A stretch of 64,000 nt of DNA, from assembly GCA_017441265.1 (NCBI GenBank), contig JAFRYE010000043.1, forward strand, positions 81 through 64,080, written 5' to 3'. Of the stretch, positions 59,136 through 64,000 are shown piece by piece (position 1 is the stretch's first letter; each line of letters starts with the position of its first letter). Under the pieces are notes generated by a model. The model searched no databases, was not told the origin of the DNA, and saw nothing but the letters and a program-made list of their open reading frames with translations. The position numbers were made by a program, and so were the translations under genes. The DNA is from Lachnospiraceae bacterium (GTDB lineage: Bacteria; Bacillota; Clostridia; Lachnospirales; Lachnospiraceae).

Positions 59136-60245
59136 TTACTCTGCAGCAGTTTCGGTAGGCGTAGGCTCCGGAGTAGCTTCCGGAGTAACCGAAGGTGTTA
59201 CCTCAGGGGTAGCTTCCGGAGTTACCGAAGGTGTTGCCTCGGGCGTTACCGAAGGTGTTACTTCAGGATCCTCCGTGGTCTCGGTATCATCCTTGATCTC
59301 GTATATCTCGGCAATGTGCTCCACAACCTCGTGACGTCTCCAGAGGAATGTGAGATATCCTGCGCCGTACTCCTTCATGTATTTATCGTATGTCTCATCG
59401 TCCCCGTATGCTAAATTGCTGCGAATGAACGTATCTGCAGCCGTTGCATCATATACCAGTCCGAGTTTTTCAAACGCTGCCTGATAAACCGCATACATCT
59501 TCACATTGTCTTCTGCCTTGCTCGTAACAGACTTGTTGAACTCATCCTTACCGCCGTAGTAAATGTATGCATTTTCCGCTTCGGTTATATTGTAACTTTT
59601 GTAGAACTCATAATCGTCAATCATTTCGTTGCGGATAATCTGTTCCTGGTTCTTGATGAACTTCTTCGGAGGATTCTTATCCACCGTTGACTTCTCCAGC
59701 AACGCCGCACCAACTGCCGACTCCAATTCGGAGCTGTACGAGTCTTTCTGCATCTTATCCGCTACAAAACGGCGATAACCTTCCTTCGTGTGCGGATAGT
59801 CGCCGGTCATCACCGAGGCAAAATGTTCCTCCACAACCGCATCGGTCAGCAAATTGAGAACTCTCTTATCGTCCTCTGTCTTTTCTTCCGCGGACATGTT
59901 CTCCTTGGAAGGCTGCTCCAACTTCTCCCGCAGTGCCGAAACGATCTGCGCATCCACCTGCGCGTTCGTAGGTGCATAATCATCATACTTGATGCCGAGA
60001 TCCTTGAAGTCCGGAAGCGTTACGCTGTCAAGAGCGTTGTAACCTTCGATCACACCCTCGGAAGTCAAATACTTGCTGTAATTCTTTTCTTTCGACTTAA
60101 TGTTGTTGTAGATCAACAATACGATAAGCAAAATAACGACCGGGATCAGAATGATCAATCCCAGCTCGATTGCCGATTTCATCTTCGCGCGTTTGCGCGC
60201 CTTTGCACTTCTCTTTTTTGCCGCGAGACGGTTCTCAATACTCAT
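59136..60245 (-). CDS. Membrane-anchored hypothetical protein (chaperone-like middle region, TPE-rich repetitive C-terminus)
   Basis: Basic N-terminus plus a TM segment. C-terminus is (T/E)PEVTPSVTPEATP repeats. Loosely similar architecture to 50189-50803. GAGGAG RBS. Confidence 0.55.
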   Translation of the reverse strand: MSIENRLAAKKRSAKARKRAKMKSAIELGLIILIPVVILLIVLLIYNNIKSKEKNYSKYLTSEGVIEGYNALDSVTLPDFKDLGIKYDDYAPTNAQVDAQIVSALREKLEQPSKENMSAEEKTEDDKRVLNLLTDAVVEEHFASVMTGDYPHTKEGYRRFVADKMQKDSYSSELESAVGAALLEKSTVDKNPPKKFIKNQEQIIRNEMIDDYEFYKSYNITEAENAYIYYGGKDEFNKSVTSKAEDNVKMYAVYQAAFEKLGLVYDATAADTFIRSNLAYGDDETYDKYMKEYGAGYLTFLWRRHEVVEHIAEIYEIKDDTETTEDPEVTPSVTPEATPSVTPEATPEVTPSVTPEATPEPTPTETAAE

Positions 60246-60344
60246 ACCGCTTTCTCCTCATCCGTGTTGCTTTTTTTCTGAATCATACACCGCCGGACAG
60301 CGGCCGGTATACCGCGGCCGGGTCGCAATGCATGCACAGCGTTT

Positions 60345-60372
60345 ATTATAACATATTCATGGAAAAACGCAA
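60345..60372 (-). promoter_or_regulatory. Promoter (TTGCGT-16-TATAAT with extended -10 TGt)
   Basis: The minus strand reads TTGCGTttttccatgaataTGtTATAAT upstream of the 60245 gene. Confidence 0.55.
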
Positions 60373-60410
60373 GAATTTTCCGCACCGTTTGCATTTTCCG
60401 ACGAGGGATT

Positions 60411-61307
60411 TTATTCCGTCGTTGAAAACTCCGGAATGAAGCTCTCCGAAGCCGTCGCTCCGACTTGAATAAAGCCGTTTTCCACGGGAAGACTCCGGGC
60501 AAATCCGACGACCTTTTCATACTCGTACCGCGTCAGCCGACGGTTCAGTTCGGGATACGGGAGTGGCTTTTTCGGAGGTGTATATTGATTCATAATACTG
60601 ATATAGATCCGATCGCCGTACGTCTCATGGAGGTAGCTAATCACCTCACAGGCATCGTCGCGATGTCCCGGCAAAACCAGCACTCTGACGATCACGCCCC
60701 GCGTCATGTAGCCGTCCTCGTCAAATACAGGCTCGCCGGCCGCCTCAACCATCCGCGCGATCGCCTTCGCGGCAACTTCCGGATAGTCTTTCGCGTGGGA
60801 AAATGAAGCCGCAAGCCCGGCATCCCGATACTTGTAATCCGGCAGATAAATGTCGATATCATCCCTCAGCAGCGCAAGCGTCTCCACGCTCTCGTAGCCG
60901 CCGGAATTCCACACGATCGGAATTGTGAGCCCGCGTTCCTTTGCGATCGCGATCGTCTCGTGCACTCCCGTTGCCCACTGCCCCGCCGTCACCAGATTGA
61001 TATTCGCGGCACCCTCGCCCTGAAGCCGAATCATCTCCGCCGCCAGCTCCTCCGACGTATATGCACGCCCGGTATCTCCGCCGCTGATGGCCGCATTCTG
61101 ACAGAAGACGCAATGCAGAGCACAGCCCGCGAAAAACACGGCGCCCGAGCCTTTCTTCCCGCTGATGCACGGCTCCTCCCACATGTGAAGCGCCGCGCGC
61201 GCTACGCGCATGGTGTCTTTACAGCCGCAGACTCCCGGTTTTTGTGTGCGGTCCACGCCGCACCCCCGGGGGCAGAGATTACATTGTCGAAGCGTCAATG
61301 AACTCAT
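60411..61307 (-). CDS. Radical SAM protein (PflX-like putative activating enzyme)
   Basis: CNLCPRGCGVDR and the radical SAM cluster GCALHCVFCQN. Confidence 0.8.
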   Translation of the reverse strand: MSSLTLRQCNLCPRGCGVDRTQKPGVCGCKDTMRVARAALHMWEEPCISGKKGSGAVFFAGCALHCVFCQNAAISGGDTGRAYTSEELAAEMIRLQGEGAANINLVTAGQWATGVHETIAIAKERGLTIPIVWNSGGYESVETLALLRDDIDIYLPDYKYRDAGLAASFSHAKDYPEVAAKAIARMVEAAGEPVFDEDGYMTRGVIVRVLVLPGHRDDACEVISYLHETYGDRIYISIMNQYTPPKKPLPYPELNRRLTRYEYEKVVGFARSLPVENGFIQVGATASESFIPEFSTTE

Positions 61308-61308
61308 A

Positions 61309-62352
61309 TCACACCTTCATTGTGACGGTTATTTTCTCATCCGCCGTCACCTTCGCGTAACTGCCCATGAGAAGCGGCATGGCCGGCGGCAAATGCCCGA
61401 TGTCTGTGTCCATCACGATCGGCACACCGAACCCGCCGAGCACATCGGTGACCGCCCGGTAATGGTCAAGCCCCATCATTTCCTGCCCGTACCACAAAGG
61501 GCGCCCGATCAGAAAGCCCTTCACGTTCGCAAACCACCCTGCCTCGCGGAGCTGCCACAGCGCTCTGCGGATCCCGAAGACGCTCAGGTCACAGGACTCG
61601 ATGACCCACACGATTCCCTCGTCCGCATGCTCTTTAGCATACCCTACCGGGTCGGCATAGGGCGTGCCGCACAACACCTGAAGGCAATCCAGGCAGCCGC
61701 CCACCAGACGGCCTTCAAAACGGATGGTTTCCGTTGTTTGTTCTACGCTCGTAGAACCACTAATATACTTGCGGATCCCAGCTGTTTGAACACAGTTGTA
61801 CGGCTCGTACGGATGCTCCTCATCCTTCTTCCCGTCGTTTGGCCCTTCCCATGCATCGTACCCCCGAACCGTGTCGGTTTTTCCCTGCATCAGGGCAAGC
61901 GCATCCTCAAGCGCCGCGTGCCACGGCTCCATGCCGAACGCGGCCGCGCTCGGTCCGTAGATCCCGTAGCCACCGCACTTCGTGACATATGGGAAAATGA
62001 AATTCGTGATGTCCGAGTACCCCATCAACAATTTCGGCTTCGCCGCGCGGATCTTCTCCCAGTCGACGAACCCGATCGTCTCGCACATCATTTCTCCGCC
62101 GCCGCAGGCCATCAGCGCGTCGATGTCATCCCGCAGGAACATCTCCGTAAGCTCCGACGCACATTCCGCGGGCGGCGCCGAGATTCCGATGCCGTCGCTG
62201 CGGTAACAGTTCGGACCGAGCACAAGCCGGAATCCTCTCTCCTGCAGTTTCTTTTGTGCATTGATAAATGCCGTCTTATACGGCTCGGTCGCACACCCAA
62301 ACGACGGTGCGACAAAACCGATGGTTCCGCCATCTTGTAAAAACAGACTCAT
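61309..62352 (-). CDS. S66-family LD-carboxypeptidase (LdcA/MccF-like)
   Basis: IGFVAPSF, GYSDITN (nucleophile Ser), and a C-terminal DIGHLPP-type His motif. ATG 62352 lies 7 nt after AGGAGG. Confidence 0.8.
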   Translation of the reverse strand: MSLFLQDGGTIGFVAPSFGCATEPYKTAFINAQKKLQERGFRLVLGPNCYRSDGIGISAPPAECASELTEMFLRDDIDALMACGGGEMMCETIGFVDWEKIRAAKPKLLMGYSDITNFIFPYVTKCGGYGIYGPSAAAFGMEPWHAALEDALALMQGKTDTVRGYDAWEGPNDGKKDEEHPYEPYNCVQTAGIRKYISGSTSVEQTTETIRFEGRLVGGCLDCLQVLCGTPYADPVGYAKEHADEGIVWVIESCDLSVFGIRRALWQLREAGWFANVKGFLIGRPLWYGQEMMGLDHYRAVTDVLGGFGVPIVMDTDIGHLPPAMPLLMGSYAKVTADEKITVTMKV

Positions 62353-62435
62353 TTTCGGTCCTCCTGTTATCTGAAAATGACACCGAAACAACCGGGTGTT
62401 CCCCTCGTGTTCCGGCGTCTTATATTCCGGAATTT

Positions 62436-62464
62436 ATGATACAACGGCTGCCGGAATAATGCAA
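62436..62464 (-). promoter_or_regulatory. Promoter (TTGCAT-17-TATCAT) for the LD-carboxypeptidase/radical SAM unit
   Basis: The minus strand reads TTGCATtattccggcagccgttgTATCAT. Confidence 0.55.
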
Positions 62465-62559
62465 CGTCTTCCGTGAGCATTTCGCCGAACGCAATAAGCG
62501 CGGCTCCCCGTGGGAAACCGCGCTCTTGCTCCAAAGTGTCTCTTTTCTGTAATAGGGTT

Positions 62560-63543
62560 TTACAAAAGGTGTGCACGAATCTCGTCGCCGCTCAGCGGGC
62601 TCAAATATGCCGGAGCGATATCGAATACGGTCTTACAGCCGCTCACGCCCTCCTTCGCAAGTCTCGCGATCGCGCGCGCATATGCAACGATGACGCTGGA
62701 TGTGAACTCGGGGTTCGAATCCAGCTTGAGGCTGTACTCGATAACGTGCTTATTTTCCTTGTTCCAGCCGGTCTGGCCGGTGCGGATCACGAAGCCGCCG
62801 TGCGGAATGCCCGCATGATCTCTCGCAAGCTCCTCTTCCGAGATGAAGTGAACCGTTGTGTCATAATCCGCAAAATAATTGGGCATCGTCTTGATCGCCT
62901 TCTCCACCGCTGCCGCATCGGCTCCCTCCTCGAGCACCACAAAGCACTCTCTGGTGTGCTTCTCGCGGGTCGTCAATTCGGGATTGCTGCCGGAGCGAAC
63001 CGCCTCAAGAGCCGCCTCAACCGGCACGGTGTACTGCTTGCCGTTCTTAACGCCCGGCACGCGGCGGATCGCATCGGAATGACCCTGGCTCACGCCCTTG
63101 CCCCAGAACGTGTAGTCCTTGCCGTCCGGAAGGATGCAGTTTGCGTACAGACGGTTTAACGAGAACATACCCGGGTCCCAGCCGCAGGAGATCAGCGCGA
63201 CTTTGCCGGCTGCCTTTGCCGACGCATCCACATTCGCAAAATGCTCCGGAATGCGTGCGTGCGTATCGAAACTGTCCACAACATTGAACAGCTTCGCGTA
63301 TGCGGGCGTCTGCTCCGGAAGATCCGTAGCGCTGCCGCCGCAGATGATCATAACGTCGATCTTGTCTTTCCAATCGGCAACGTCGTTGACGGACGCCACC
63401 GTCACACCCGGCGTCAGCACGGTTACGGTTTTGGGATCGCGGCGCGTGAACACTGCCGTGAGCTCCATATCCGGATTCTGCTTAACGGCACACTCGACTC
63501 CGCGGCCGAGATTGCCGTATCCGATAATTCCAATCTTTACCAT
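62560..63543 (-). CDS. ddh: meso-Diaminopimelate D-dehydrogenase
   Basis: Collinear with the recalled Corynebacterium Ddh: GYGNLGR, GSATDLPEQ, SCGWDPGMFS, FWGKGVSQGHSDA, PHGGFV. ATG 63543 follows GGAGGGTG. Confidence 0.9.
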   Translation of the reverse strand: MVKIGIIGYGNLGRGVECAVKQNPDMELTAVFTRRDPKTVTVLTPGVTVASVNDVADWKDKIDVMIICGGSATDLPEQTPAYAKLFNVVDSFDTHARIPEHFANVDASAKAAGKVALISCGWDPGMFSLNRLYANCILPDGKDYTFWGKGVSQGHSDAIRRVPGVKNGKQYTVPVEAALEAVRSGSNPELTTREKHTRECFVVLEEGADAAAVEKAIKTMPNYFADYDTTVHFISEEELARDHAGIPHGGFVIRTGQTGWNKENKHVIEYSLKLDSNPEFTSSVIVAYARAIARLAKEGVSGCKTVFDIAPAYLSPLSGDEIRAHLL

Positions 63544-63674
63544 GATTCCAACACCCTCCGAAATAATGAAATTGCAGGTTCGACATGGTTTTCGCCTGCC
63601 ACAGGACATAGAATACCACCGTTCAAAGCTTTTGTAAATACAAAATTAATACTTGTATACAAAAATACATTTCA

Positions 63675-64000
63675 TCATTCGGCGTCGACTTTCTTAGCCT
63701 CAATCCCGTATAGCACCGTCCATTCTCCGTCGGCAATGCACTCCCGGATCTCGATCAGGCGGCTGAGATATCCTTCGCTGTCGTACTCGTAAAATGTGTT
63801 GTAGCGGTATTCCGTGTCACCGCTGATACTCATGATCGTATTTTCCAGACGATCGTTCTCATCGTAGATCATATCCAGACGGCAGTACGGCTTCACCACA
63901 TAAATATCATCGCCGTACTTGTACGTGAGTACGGTCTCCGGATGATCGTCAGCCTCGCCGAAAACGAGCACCCGGTTGTCGCCCTCGAGCATGAACTCAT
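63675..64000 (-). CDS. Hypothetical protein with YD-repeat-like motifs, probably 5'-truncated by the window end
   Basis: The frame stays open to base 64000. YEYDSEGYLSRL and MIYDENDRL resemble the YD/RHS repeat consensus. Confidence 0.4.
   Translation of the reverse strand, partial: EFMLEGDNRVLVFGEADDHPETVLTYKYGDDIYVVKPYCRLDMIYDENDRLENTIMSISGDTEYRYNTFYEYDSEGYLSRLIEIRECIADGEWTVLYGIEAKKVDAE

Noticed and set aside
63544-63674. Lysine riboswitch upstream of ddh
   Set aside because: The region is only ~130 nt, which must also hold the promoter. Only short palindromes (TTGTATACAA, cctgtggcagg) are seen, not an L-box architecture.

Overview
GC-rich chromosomal segment, most consistent with a Clostridia (Oscillospiraceae/Ruminococcaceae-like) Firmicute; taxon is inferred from gene content only. 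About 55 protein genes, nearly all on the minus strand. No rRNA, tRNA, CRISPR array, IS element or prophage was recognised. Layout: (1) 1-7.1 kb, the 3' part of a giant repeat protein (Listeria-Bacteroides type repeats) convergent with a MacB/FtsX-type ABC exporter. (2) 7.2-21.4 kb, a housekeeping block: trmH-like, prfA, prmC, DUF1385, rpmE, rho, rpoC, rpoB. (3) 21.7-26.7 kb, an envelope/c-di-GMP cluster. (4) 26.9-31.2 kb, the only long plus-strand operon: MoxR ATPase, DUF58, transglutaminase. (5) 31.3-64 kb, mixed metabolic and accessory genes: glmS, XRE regulator, ZIP transporter, kinase-GNAT fusion, Bcp, SUFU-like protein, GGDEF, HExxH/ricin lipoprotein, several domain fusions, an AT-richer island, PfkB kinase, GH9, Fe-ADH, SDR, ECF sigma/anti-sigma, radical SAM, LD-carboxypeptidase, Ddh. 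The least explained items are a roughly 600-bp array of 74-bp direct plus inverted repeats filling the whole SDR-ADH intergenic region (about 55.95-56.55 kb), and a serine-hydrolase::RumA-type methyltransferase fusion. Two others are a terminator-containing leader with a 32-codon ORF upstream of a phosphodiesterase/kinase-GNAT operon, and a recurrent ATTTTCCG/CGGAAAAT palindrome inside many predicted promoters. I did not recognise a clear-cut novel multi-gene system such as a defence system. All family assignments come from motif recall, not from searches.
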